DNA of 49,958 bases, filler included, from Catajapyx aquilonaris (GCA_000934665.2; 2 parts of 2 records of this genome joined end to end with filler, not necessarily neighbours in it); one strand, 5' to 3'; counted from the first letter of the whole stretch, positions 12,940 to 25,522 are shown. The notes: generated from the sequence alone by a model not told the origin. Made by a program: numbers and translations.

Positions 12940-13195
12940 TGCCACCAAAAATTGTAAGAATCTAAATTTTTTGTTATCAGAAAAATCAGCCCTCGCTTCA
13001 ATTTTATAAAAAATATTTGAACACCCTCAGCACCAATTTGTACAAAAAAAATTGTCGTATTGTACAATTATACCACCAAAAATTGTAAGAATGTTATTAA
13101 CGTCACATTGTGATCAGGGAAATAAATTTCCTCTCTTCAATAATAATTGCAATGAAAAATATTTGAACACCCTTATTAGCACCAATTTGACAAGT
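12940..13195. repeat. Degenerate tandem duplication, period ~130-145 bp
   Basis: CCACCAAAAATTGTAAGAAT and AAAAATATTTGAACACCCT...AGCACCAATTTG each occur twice in the same order. Confidence 0.75.
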
Positions 13196-14853
13196 ATTTT
13201 GTCAGATTGTATATACAAAGGCAATTTGGTAAAACGAGGGGAAACACTCCGAATCTTTTAAAAGTGATTACCGGAATGAAGAGACGATTGTTTAATCCTT
13301 TTGGACTAAAGAGGGTTACCCTGTGAGAGCTGTCTGTGTTTTCTTCTTCTTAACCCCCCCCCCTCCTCCTCTTACACTTAGACCTCTTTTTCCCCTTTTC
13401 CTCCAGCATCTTCCCCAGCAGCTTTTCCCCCCTTTTCTTCCTCTCGGTCCTTGAGTCGCCTATGATTTATTCATCCCCTGGCGTCCTCAAAGAGAAACAG
13501 CCTGGAGGGAGCCCCGAACGCAATTTGGAAGAGCTTACCCCCAAGTGTTGTTGCTGTCATATTTTCACCGACTCAAATTGGCGCCTGGGACAATTTTATC
13601 CCGTTTCTGGTGGGGGGACTCTGCTTGCCAAAATTATGTTCATTGGAACCGCTTACCACGATCCTCCTCATCATCGAAAATAATGCACATTGTTGTGGGT
13701 TTTGCAACTGAATAAAAATTTGCATCAACACAAAAAAAATATCAGCAACAAATATTTTTTTATGGCTTATATTTCTGCATGGTTTTAAGGGTACGCTAAT
13801 GAGTGGCCTGGTTCAGCATCCTATAGATAACATCTGAAACTTTATACGTGCTGGGCCTTAAGGGAGAGAGAGAGAGAGAGAAAAAAAAAAGTTACAAGTC
13901 ATACGAAGCGGAACACTCTTTTCCGACGCCATGTCGGCTCTCTTTTGAAGCAAAGTGGCCAAACTTATCAAGTCCGACTTTCGTAATTTGCTTGCCTACA
14001 AACTTTAGACGGTGCATCGAAAAAAAAAGTATGTATATTCGAAAAGAGGGTCTAATACAGGGTGGTGTACTGCCCAAGTACACAGTTCAATATGAGGTTT
14101 TAAAAGCTCGAGAAATATCTTCATTACAAATGGTACCTCACATTGAAATGTTGCTAAATTACAATTATATGGACAGAAAGTGTGATATGCAATTTTATCA
14201 AATCAGAAATTAATTTACATCAGACACTAATTAGATAATCGCATTTTTACCCCCAAATACTTCCGTTTTCCAAATTTCCAAAAATTAACAATTTTTTTTC
14301 TGAATAATTCAAAGCATGAATTATCATAAACTTATTCACCTACACATTTTCACTTAGAACTTGAGCAATGCACCACCCTGCATTTTTTTTAAAGTATAAA
14401 AAAAACGCGAGTGGATTTTGATCTATATACCTTCTGCTGCTTGATGGTTACTGCTTGCAGGAGCTCAACTCACCTAATTTGTTGACTTTTTTCCGTCTTT
14501 AGGGAAGTCTTTGGCGTCCCAACAGTGTCAATATTTGCTTGTCTTTGTGGCCGAACTGAGGCGAGGGGGCCCTCTAATTAATTAACTGTGGTCAGCCTGG
14601 GACACACTGTTTCCTCCCCCCCCCNCCTCCCCCATAAAAAAGATGCATGGAGCTTTTGAGTCTCCCCCACCCCCCTTCTTCTCTACCCTTCACTTTTTAT
14701 ACTCCGAGTCTGAAATGAAAGCAGTGTAAATTAGCTCTATGCCAACTTTTTGGTTCATATAATGATCTTGTTACTTCCCGAGATGGATGTGGGTTGGATT
14801 TCCTAATAATAGTCCAGATGTTGAATTCACAAAGAAGATTGCATCTCCGTAGG

Positions 14854-15325
14854 GCCTAAAAACAATTGATTTAGGACCCAGAATCATATACAAATGATCG
14901 TCTCTGTCACTCTTTCCGTTTGTTTGTCCGAGGTGATAGTACCACTTTCCTCCGCATGGCAGGAGTGTGTAGAGTGGTACGATGTGCCATCTATGAGCGG
15001 GGTATGTTACTTACGTGGACAGTCGGGGGGCCCAGGCGAAGTTTAGGCAAATAGTTCGCTTATTCTGGGCCCTAAATCAATTGTTTTGAGGCGCAGAAAT
15101 ATAGACTTCAGAGATGAAATGTCGTAAAAAGTTACACTCTTCTAAAAGCGGAAATTAATTGATATCAAACACTGATTACATTCCCAACTGTCCACGTAGT
15201 AACATACACCCTCTCATAGATGGTGCATCATACCTCTCTGCAGTCTCCTGCCATGCGGATGAAAGTTGTACTATCACCTCGGACAAACAAACGGAAAGAG
15301 AGACAGAGCCGATTATTTGTATGAT
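14854..15325. mobile_element. TIR element (14854-15092) plus an adjacent inverted copy of its interior (15187-15325)
   Basis: TIRs GCCTAAAAACAATTGATTTAGGACCCAGAAT and ATTCTGGGCCCTAAATCAATTGTTTTGAGGC; 15187-15325 is the reverse complement of ~14883-15024. Confidence 0.8.
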
Positions 15326-17690
15326 CACATCCAAACAATTACACATTTTCTGAAAAAAAATATATCAATTAGAGCCAAACGGTTAGCTAAAATGTTGATG
15401 AAACGTCGAGCATTATTTTCGCACAACATTCATCCATATAAATCCAGTTGTTTTCAGTCACCTAGCTCTTACCTCCCCCGGTCCCCCACATCCCAAAATT
15501 ACATGGTGCCCGAGAGGCTCTCGCATCACAAAATGTTTTTTTCAGAATTTAAAACGCCCCCCCCCCCCTTCCCCTGGTGGACTCGCACCAAGCAAGCAAG
15601 CAATAACCAATTAATTACTAAACAGGGGCAATTGCACTTTGCGGATTACTCATCGTGCGGTTACCATGTCCAGTCTGCCAACAATACACGGAGCTGTAGT
15701 GTTTATACTGGGCCGAACGAGAGAGAATGATGGTGGCGTTTTTTTGGCTTCGAGGGATATGCAGCAGGGTGTGCCAACTGAAAATGTCCCTTTCAGTTAG
15801 CCCACAATTTATACGCTCTATAAGCTGCTTGATGTTTTAAAAAAATGCTTGTAGTGGATATGGAAAGAATTGACTACTAATCATTAGGCCGGTTAAATAA
15901 CAGAAGTTTGCACAATACTCAGAGAATATTGTTTTAATCGCGAATAGTTTCCACTAATGAACATAATATAAAGTATAAACAGAATGTTTCCATCACATTT
16001 TAAAGAAATTGGAAACAATTCAACAATCTGTATATTAATTATGCATTTTACCATACCTGTATGTATACAAATTGTTCCAAATAAGCATGAAGATATTTGG
16101 TAATTGTGATTATGTCGATAATAATCTCATCTTTATGTAAATTGTAGAGAAAACAACATTCATCTATTTTATTGACTTACTTGTAACATCATAGTTTTTA
16201 TCACTTCTATACATCCGTGTCCTGTTCTAGCTCTACTCTAATCTTATTATCATGTAAAATAATATTAAGTTACTTTAAAAATAACTTCTAAAACTCCATA
16301 ACTTATATTCAAATGGAAATATTGGCACGTAATTACAGACCGACAGCGGTTAAAGCCTTTTACATATTTCCTACTCTTTGTATAAAAAACTGCTATCGTT
16401 CTATGATGTGTAATGGTTATCATAATTGAATTCAACGCCCTAATGTACAATATTATTGCAGATAATTCACACGATATAATTCGTCTATATTAATTACAGC
16501 ATTATTTGTTTCAATGCAGAGTCGATTCACATCCTGGATCGATTATGCATTTAAACAATATTGCTGAAACAAATGTGAATTGCAATGAATTTATACGATC
16601 GTAACAATAGGAAATCCATCTCACTTTTTTTTGCTGGCCATCACCCCCAATATTCTTTTTACTCAGTAAAAGAAATACTTATTGCAAATAAACAGCTTTA
16701 GTACCAAGTAATCGCTAATTATTATTAAACCTGACATTTCATAATGTATGCCTGACTTATGATAACCCCCCCCCCCCCCACATCCACTTGGTTCATGTCC
16801 AGCATGGTAGGTGACTTTCCCATGGGACAAACCCTCCCCCCACATCAGTTAGGGGCTTGGACAAACCCCACGCTCCATTAGGCTAATACGCACCTCAAAA
16901 CCCAGTTGTAGAGAGTGGAGGGGGGGTTTTTTGGAGAGCCACTTGGCCAGACCCTTCTCTTCGAATCCCTGGCGCCTCATTCAAAACTGTGGATGACCAT
17001 AGGGTGGAGCCAGAGGGAGAGAGGGGGTTGGAGCCACGCCCTGTCCAAACCCAACCCGAGAGAGTCTATAGTCCCCCCAACTATAGTACATTGGGAAAAC
17101 TCTTGACTCCTTTACATCCAGCCGCAAAATCCCCGCCCATTTCACATTGGGACGCTCGACAAGTGTTTAAGTCGGCCTTCAGCAATCAAGCTAATGGGCT
17201 AATTCAGAGAGACCCTGAGGGAATCAGAAAGTAGGAGAGAGGGGGAGGGGATGGGGGGTAAATACGCTTATCAAAGTTATCTGTTGCAGGAATGATTGGT
17301 TGGATGGAAGGGGGGCATCAAAGTCACTGTTTGGTTTCCATCGCGCTTTTTTTTTGGTATAGGGGGTAACCGAACGTCCCCCTGAGGCTTGGACTTCCAG
17401 GCAACACTAAAGAGCTGGGTTAGCTAACAACCAAGGATAAAAACGCCAAAGTCCAATCAAAAATGCAAAAAGAAAATTGGCAGGTATCAAACAAAATTAT
17501 TTTCCTCCTGCCCATCAATAATATTATACGTACTGTACATTATTAATCAGCCTGTTGGTCATGATAACAATCAGTCATGCCCATTGCCCATTCCCAAGAA
17601 GAAATTCATGGCAATTCACAACTTGCCATCCGGGCTAATATTAGCAGCTAATATGTTTGATAACTGCTAATATAAATATTCGAATATATA

Positions 17691-18380
17691 CAGTGAAACC
17701 TATTAGTTGGACACCTTAGTATGTTGGCCACCTCCCTATATATATGTTGGACATTATTTTTGGAGCCGTCAAAAAAACCTATCCCAGCTGTAATGTTGCT
17801 AAGTTGGCCATCTCGCTAACTTGTAAGTTGGACACTTGTTTCCGCTCTTAAGTTGAGAGTACAATTTTCATATTTACTCTACATGTACAGTACACTTGTA
17901 CAGTGAAACATGTCTATGTTGGACACTGACGGTTCCAAGGAAAAATGTCCAATATACTACTTAGGATTTCAATCTCTCCGGTTTCATAGTAAAGTATACT
18001 GTACAGTAATCATCCAGTAACCAACTTCCAGTGCATGTTTTTATATTTTCAGGTACAGTACATTCGGTTCAGTGTGTAGCCTACATGAAATTTCTGAAAC
18101 TGGCCTACTTTTTGGCTCACACGTATAAATCTGTGAAATATTCTTTAGTTGGGCAGAAAAAATGTGATCAATAAGAGTGGCATGCTAAAGTATACGTATA
18201 CAGTTCTAAAGATAATACAAATGTATATAGAGTAAAATATGTGAAAATTGTACCGCCCTTGTCCAAACTTATGAGGGGAAAAGTGGCCAACTTAGCAACA
18301 TTATTACAAGGGATAGGCTTTTTGAAGGTTCCAAAAAATGTCCTACATGCGGATGTGGCCAAGTTATTAAGGTTTTACTG
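17691..18380. mobile_element. Two adjacent copies (one partial inverted, one full) of the pogo/Tigger-like MITE family
   Basis: 17691 TA|CAGTGAAACCTATTAGTTGGACACC matches the reverse complement of ~3065-3250; 17901 TA|CAGTGAAACATG...GGTTTTACTG|TA 18380 matches 2871-3257. Confidence 0.75.
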
Positions 18381-19989
18381 TACTTCTGAACAATTTTGGT
18401 ACTTTCAGGAGTACAAGAAATACTACGCAAGCAAAAACAAACATGCCTGCCTCTGAAGGAATAGGCCTGGAATATAGGGCCTAAAAGACCCGAAATAGCT
18501 TCAAAAAGTTCATAAACCATCCCATAAAAATGTTCAATAGGCATTAAAACACGCAAAAAAGGCATAATAGTTCACAAAATCACGACATAGGCAATTTTAG
18601 GCATTATAAAACCAACATTTTCCACATCCTGCGCTTATGAAACGGATAGATCGCTCCACAAAACCATCCCAACTGTAAAATGAACTACACTCTACAGTAA
18701 TAGGCATTTGCCTAAAAGTCCGAGCTTCAGCAATGAGTCTGACTGAAACTAGAACCATTCACAAACCTCAGTAATAGACCCTATAAACACAATTATAAAA
18801 AGTTATATGCAAAGAATTATGGAAATGCGCAAGAGTTACATAGCATTGTCTCAATAAAAATAGCAAAATGTTATTAGATGGATAATAAGAGAATCTGGTT
18901 GTATGTTTAAGTGTTAAAATAATTGCACAATAATTTAAGTGTGAAGTCACTACCAAAATATGCTAAGACCTATAGGAAGGTAAATGATAGCACGAGGAAT
19001 TATTGTATTATACTTTAGAGACCGCTAAACTGATCCGTTGATCGAATAAATATTACAAGTCCCGCATAGCGAGGCATGTCTGACTTTAAAATTTCGCACG
19101 CTATAGGAAAAATTAGATAATATAGATAACATGTTCATCACATGCAGATAGCAAGAGATAACGATCAATTATTAGAGATATCAGATTATGTTCTCAAACG
19201 TTTTATCATACAGTATAATGTTCTAACAGTATCATAAAGTAGACTGTACGAGATAAGGGGTACTGCACTGCTATAGTTACTGCCAACTTAGCAGTACCAG
19301 CTGTACCAGTGCCAACACTGAAGTTTGGAGTGCAAATTGTACCTTTGCATCTGAATATGTCGACGCACCCCATGCAAAATAATGCTGTCATCAATTATTC
19401 TCCGTACATGGAAACAGCCACTTCGCTGTTCAGAAAATATCTGCCACACGAAAATGTTCATGACTTGAATGATGAAATTACGTCAGGTGTGAACCCCGAG
19501 GCATACTGCAATGCACAACTGCAGTATTTATCACGCGAGTGTTAATCTCCTCTTTATCTTCTCCTATAGGTGCGAGTGTGAGCTTTGCCAACACCGTGGG
19601 CCTATAAATCCCGTCCACGTGGGCCTCCTCGTGGTTCAGGGGAGTATCCGCGCATCTGAACCGGTGGTGCTCGGCGCAGGCTCCACCCAAGGCCCGCCTG
19701 CCCCGTGCCCTAAACCCGATCCAGTGCGCCTCCGGTGGGTGGTAGCCTCGGATCTGGCGGGGCCCAGTGCTCCGCGTCGGCGCCCCCCCCCTTTGCAACT
19801 CTTCTCAGCTTTTGACTCACACAACAACATTTTGCGGCTGCGGCCTTGCGTCGCATTCCCCCCCTTCCCCCATCCCCCCTCGTCATAAGGGGAAGCACCC
19901 AGGGCATCTCCCGCTCAGTCCGGCTCCGGCTTCGATACCCGGCAGGGGGAGCCCCGCCAGCATCCCCCTCCAGCCCTGGTCTCGGCAGC

Positions 19990-20139
19990 ATGGACTTCCA
20001 GAGCGCCATGGAGACCTTCGCTGAAGCATGGATGGCCGCTAATGGGGCGAAGGCCTTCGCGCCTGAGGCTGCGGCACAGGCGGCAGCAGCGCAGGCGGCA
20101 GCGGCACAGCAGCAGGCCAACTCAGCCATTGGCTCGCAG
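19990..20139 (+). CDS. First coding exon (partial gene) of an Ala/Gln-rich probable transcription regulator; identity tentative (possibly dve/SATB-like)
   Basis: agcATGG start, GC-rich codons, MDFQSAMETFAEAWMAANGAKAFAPEAAAQAAAAQAAAAQQQANSAIGSQ, then a strong donor CAG|GTAAGG at 20139/20140. A polypyrimidine acceptor at 19569/19570 suggests an exon of 19570-20139 with 5'UTR. The family guess is from memory of arthropod N-termini and is unverified. No downstream exons were recognised. Confidence 0.7.
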
Positions 20140-22309
20140 GTAAGGATAGCTAGGGGCCACTCGGGCGTTAAAAACGCCGACGGACGCTCAGAAACGCGGC
20201 GGAGAATCCGTCGCATTAGTGTAAACGCAGAAATATGTTAATTAAGATATTATTAAATTAAATTACACAGTATGAAACACGTGAGCATGATGCCCAGTAG
20301 TCCATGCCGGTTGGTCGACATGTGCTTGCATACTTTACGCAGATGACCTGTTGGTTAGACTGGGGTGTCACGTGCGTAGTAGCGTGCTGTGCGAGTAATC
20401 CGCACTGAGGATAAACTGTTGGGTCAGGTCATGTTACGGTCTGATGTGGTGAGTCTAACCATCGTATAGGAAGCGGAAATTTTGGCTAAAACCAGTCACG
20501 AAATATGTAGGAATGTTTATTAATATACTACTGTATAATAATTATTATTAACGATCAGTGGTCCAGTAAAAATAATTCGCTGTACTTTTACGTTGGATGG
20601 TACTGTTGCCATTTTTAATATAGAGGGATTAACTATCTTGTAATCACACATTTGACTATAGAGTGTGCTTCATAAAATATAGAGCGTTTGTTTCCCCTTT
20701 TGGTGTAATCTACACAAAGTATGTACAATATTTTGAACGTACACTGTTTATTAGGATTAGGAGACATAAAAGAAGGGGATATTGTGCACATAAAGTTGGT
20801 GATATCTGCTATAGCCACACGTGCGCACTTATACTCGGCTTTTGTTTTCATATCACAACGTCACTTGCTTTGGCCTTATTACACAAAAAATAAGCAGTAT
20901 GGTGTAGGTTGTAGCACTCGCTGAATGTATCGAGAAAGTATAGAATTTTTCCCAACAAATAATATTAATGAATAATTTCCTTTTTGAGTGAAATTTTTTG
21001 TTAATGCCACGAACAAATATTTAAGACAAATATTGCTGATCAGCTGAAACAATTTTGTATGCTATCTCTATAAACACAAATTATTTGTAGCCATTTTATT
21101 ATATGTAATAATATTGATGTAGGCTACTAATCTTTATAATATGAAACAATTTTTTTTTTGCATAAATAGGCCTACTGTATTGTACCGGGTACTGATTGTT
21201 CATACAGAGAATATTTCTATGCAAAAATTACCAGCACTTTCAAATTCGATGGAAATTCATTTTAGTAAGACTGACGTCAAACGACATATCGTCCAGCATT
21301 ATAAAATTTGCTAGCATAAATAATGTGTGTGCAAGAAGTGTTCAAATATATTAGAATATTAGTGCCTTTTACACGTTCCAGCATTTCGTAGCACGCACAC
21401 TATTTTTCGACAAAATTCGAAAATTCTGCGCTTGCACTTGATGCAAAATAATTAACAGCAGGTTCTCTCAGTCACACCAGCTTATCACTCAAACAGTGCA
21501 CGACTACGATAATAACTAGCTCAAAATCGGCAGTCACTCACAACCTGTCTTGGCATCCGCAAATTAGTTTTCCGCCAAAACTGATATCATAGAAGCTTCC
21601 TTACATCTAACATAATTAAATATAAATACTTCTTCATTATGATGAATAAGATCAGTGCAATTACTGGTGTAATTGCGAATGTTTGACATCATGCCCTGTT
21701 TTGCGGATATATTTTCTACCCATAATACATCAGCTAACGACTCCAAATTTATCTGCTGACTTTTGTTTTTTTTACGATTTGTCCAATTTTTGTGCAGTAA
21801 TAAATTTTGTCTGCAATTGAATCCAACAATGGCAATATGTTCACACCAAGCAAAGGCGCTAGTTAGTGAACCAGGATCAAGAGTCCTTTCCTGGTATACA
21901 GGTGCTTCATTGTGCCCGAGCCGACCCCGGGGCGGAATAGCCCCCCTCGTCTCTCTGAAAGGCCTATTGTGCCTACACCGTTATGCCGCCCAGGAGCCAT
22001 TTTAGCACCCCTATCAAGAGAGGAGGGAGGGGGACCTTTTTTCTTCTTCTTCTACTTCTTCTTTTTCCTTGAAGGAGTCGCGCCGAAAAAGCTTTTCATT
22101 CCAATCGCTCCCTGGGGGGATACACCCCTCCAGCCAAAAAGTCAGGAAATTTTGGGACAACAACAGAGGATTAGCGGCTTGTGGAACAAAACAGTAAACA
22201 GCCCTTTTACAGGTGGCAAAAATATGTCAAATATTACACCCCTGTTTCGACAATCATATGTTAAACTTGAGGGAAATTTGCCCCGTTGTATGATCATGCA
22301 ACAATCTTC

Positions 22310-22350
22310 GCAACACCTTTGCAACACCTTTGCACCTTTGCAACACCTTT
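22310..22350. repeat. Minisatellite (GCAACACCTTT) x~4
   Basis: Directly visible tandem 11-mer with one shortened unit. Confidence 0.85.
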
Positions 22351-22359
22351 ACACAAACG

Positions 22360-22660
22360 ACTAGCAGAGGACCCGTTCTTTGCTCGTGGATTGATAAATG
22401 TGAGAGAAGTTTGTATAATCTGCACATAGCTACTATATAAATTGAGCTAAGTCCTATGGGTATTTAGACTTAAAAAAATTCCGGTTTTCGGACTTTTCTT
22501 TCAATCAGCAGCACGTACATCGGTGTGACAAGTTTAATCACTCTCAGTAGTCTGAAAGTTTGTTAAATAGCCGTGAGAAGATTCATCACTCTCAGTAGTC
22601 TGAAAGTGGGTTAGGTAGCCGTGACATACATATGTTCAAACTTTTTGCTTTACTGTCTAT
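22360..22660 (+). mobile_element. Non-autonomous Helitron/Helentron-like repeat, copy 2
   Basis: ACTAGCAGAGGACCCGTTCTTTGCTCG...CCGGTTTTCGGACTTTT; internal duplication of ATCACTCTCAGTAGTCTGAAAGT. Confidence 0.6.
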
Positions 22661-23063
22661 AGGAGTGAAAAATTTACTCAAAAAATAACGAAAAGGACTC
22701 ATCGTCCATGTCAAAATACGCGTAAAATTAAATTACTCAAAAAAATGAGCAATTTAGCAAAATGCTATTATTGAGTGAATTTCACTCCGAAAAGACGATT
22801 TACTTTAACTATAATCAAATGTAAAATTACTGGACGGAAGAATGAAAATGTCTGCCGGAGAGAGTGAAATCCATTTCGCTCAATTTGAGTGGGTTTTCGC
22901 TAAAATTGAATGAGAAATCGCACAAATTGAATGAGAAATCACTCCCCAATGTGAGTGATAATTTTTCACTCAAATTATCAAGTGATTTCCACTCAAAAAG
23001 AGCGGGAGTATAAATCAAGTAGGCGAAAGAGTCAAAAATCACTCGCAATTTTTTATAAGAGTG
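22661..23063. repeat. Fragment with many (TT)GAGTGA/TCACTC(AA) motifs in both orientations, possibly a CACTA/EnSpm-like end
   Basis: Repeated GAGTGA and ACTCAAAAA motifs; ends TTTTTTATAAGAGTG (CACTCTTA... on the minus strand). Confidence 0.4.
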
Positions 23064-23650
23064 ATATGTATATAGAGATGATCTGAAGTTAACCAAGGGG
23101 TTAAATTGATTGGTTAAGTCTTAACGACTGAAGACAACATTTTGTCGGACATCCGGGGCTATCTAGCAGCATATATATATATATAAAATTAAGAAGCGCT
23201 TTTGTTTCCCTTTTTTATAATATTATCTAATCGTGTTTGGACGGAGGCCCTTAATAACGAGTAGGAAGCACAGAGGCATTCACCCCTCTAAACAGGAACC
23301 ATTACTCAGTCTCCCGAAATCAAAGATTATCCGCGTAGGCCACCCCCGAAATGAGGACAAGATAATGTGTCCAACAAACCATGGTGACAAAACCTCCCTT
23401 TCCCCTTCCCCCCCCCCCTCTTCGTGAATTAAAAGCAAGAGAGATCAGAGAGAGAGAGAAGTGTTGGGTGTCGCGTTGTCTCGGAGACCAGTTCATTAGT
23501 TGTCCGATGAACGATGTGATTCAGGAGGACAACACTCTGTCTAAAGGTGTCTTCTTTGAGGGGGTAGGGAACATTTTGTGGGCGACCATTGACCTTCTGG
23601 AGAGGTCGATGTGGACAGATCAGGTCGTCTTCCGAGATGAGGTAATCGGG

Positions 23651-23778
23651 GTTCCGACTTGGAGATGGTACATTTCGAGATAATTCGGCATATTGCATTA
23701 TTTTAATTCCAAGGTGAGGAGCCCGAGATGTTAAATGTTCCGTATTGGAGACGGGATGTTCCGTCTCCAAGTCGGAAC
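23651..23778. mobile_element. Small TIR element (hAT-like MITE)
   Basis: GTTCCGACTTGGAGATGGTACAT...ATGTTCCGTCTCCAAGTCGGAAC; no clear TSD. Confidence 0.65.
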
Positions 23779-24244
23779 ACTAATGTTATTGCAAACATAG
23801 CAGCTATAATATTTTACATAACTTGCTAACTGGTACGTCCCATTTAGCTATATTATTATGAGCCTAAGTGTTGACAACTTGAACAGCAGCAGTTTGGTAA
23901 TATTATAATGCAAACCTTATGATAATTATATTGTATGCGGACCCCCTCCCCCAGTCTCCCCCCCCCCCTCTGAATTTTTCGAGCTCACAGTGCTGTTGTC
24001 AAATTACAATGATGATTGTGTTTACCTGTTTACTCGAATATATCTATAACCGTAATGTTGTAAACAGCGAATTAATTACCGTGAAAATAAAGTGTGATGC
24101 AGGACGGCCTACATATAAATGTATTATACTGTTACATACTCGTGCAATGACTAACGCATTTGGGGGGGGGGGGGGCGTCGATTTATTTAGTTGATTTTTT
24201 TAAATATTATTTTTTGAAGCAAGTTTTGTTTCGTAGCATACTGT

Positions 24245-24486
24245 ATGTATATAAAGCAGTTTGCTGGTATGTATGTTTGTCCGGACTGCCTAACCCACTT
24301 CGGGAGTACTAAGAGCGGTGAAACTTGGTGCACTGACTTTTCCCGGGGAAAAGCCCGAAAACTGCACTTTTTTGAGTCTAAATATATCTAAAATGTAAAA
24401 TATTTTTGCTCGATGTTTGGTGTCTGATCTGCTCCAATTGGGGTACAGATTTCTTTATCAATCATCGTTGAGAAGGTCCCTGCCAT
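24245..24486 (-). mobile_element. Non-autonomous Helitron/Helentron-like repeat, diverged copy 3
   Basis: The minus strand reads GCAGGGACC...GATTGATAAA...GTTTTCGGGCTTTT...CCAAGTTTCA...AAGTGGGTTAGGCAG...ACATACATA, as in copies 1 and 2. Confidence 0.5.
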
Positions 24487-24998
24487 AATATAGTTTGATA
24501 TAAGTCGAGTTGGAGACAGCAACAGCCAGGAGGATGTGGTGTCAACTCTTCACCTGCAATTTCCTGGGTGTAATGACGTGACTTATCTCTCTTGCAACCC
24601 CTCCGAGGCTGCTCTCTTGTCAATTGCAGTTTCAGAACATTGAAATTGTCATCGGAACGCTCAAAAACTAATACCCAACGAGCTTTTATCGTTAATTATA
24701 TCGGGCGCGCAGGCATATCAATTTTGCGTATAACCTATAACAAATCTCACCAATGAAATTATAGTTAAATATAACAATTTACGCAGTTATTTGTAATATT
24801 TTTTTTGGCTCATTGCAGAGTAGCCATTTAGTGCTACTTTGCGATTACTGCTTTTTTAAAATTGTTGTAACCAGTTATTGTTCCGAGAGCTATGAATGTT
24901 CGCTCTCCATTTCGGTGTTCACATGTAATATGATTCATTTGAATGTGTGTGTGTGTGTGTGTGGGGGGGGGTTAGTACTAGGAATATATCCCCCCCCC

Positions 24999-25098
24999 NN
25001 NNNNNNNNNNNNNNNNNNNNNNNNNNNNNNNNNNNNNNNNNNTTAATTAATTAANNNNNNNNNNNNNNNNNNNNNNNNNNNNNNNNNNNNNNNNNNNN
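24999..25098. other. Artificial assembly gap/linker: N44-TTAATTAATTAA-N44
   Basis: Exactly 100 bp and symmetric; the central 12-mer has stop codons in all six frames; it follows (TG)n, poly-G and poly-C runs typical of contig breaks. Confidence 0.97.
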
Positions 25099-25522
25099 GG
25101 AAATTTTGTCATCCCGGTGACGTCACTACCGCTGCGCTATAATTGGCCCGATCCGTTATGGCGCTACCTGTAGGCTTCTATATACTTTGGGTCGGAGACG
25201 GTCCATGTTTATTACGTAACGTGGTGTTTATTTCAGAGCTGGTACAGTGGAATTGGGTAACACGAAGTGCGACAACACGATATTTTTAGGGTTCTTTCCC
25301 TGCTGACAATGCGCAATTTCAACACTCTCGCACCTGGCTGTTTTTTGGTTGCCCAAAACATGCACATAACACATATGACAAGTCAAACATTAGTCTAGTT
25401 TTTAGTAACCAAAGGCTTCCTTAAATTACCATGATGTTGGGTACAGTACAAAACATAATTTTATAACATTCTGCATAATAGTGTTTTTGGGTATCATACA
25501 TGTGGCCTTGCTTTATTTATTT

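Noticed and set aside
50..19500. Dozens of 60-150 aa ORFs in the supplied track
   Set aside because: No recognisable domains, low-complexity translations of homopolymer runs, many non-ATG starts; consistent with chance ORFs in non-coding DNA.
19710..20216. 168-aa minus-strand ORF
   Set aside because: Antisense shadow of the GC-rich plus-strand exon, which has the good start context and splice donor.
22310..23063. CRISPR-like repeat array
   Set aside because: Eukaryotic context, short degenerate repeats without regular unique spacers, no cas genes.
25043..25054. TTAATTAATTAA as a biological homeodomain site
   Set aside because: Centred in a symmetric N run; artificial linker.
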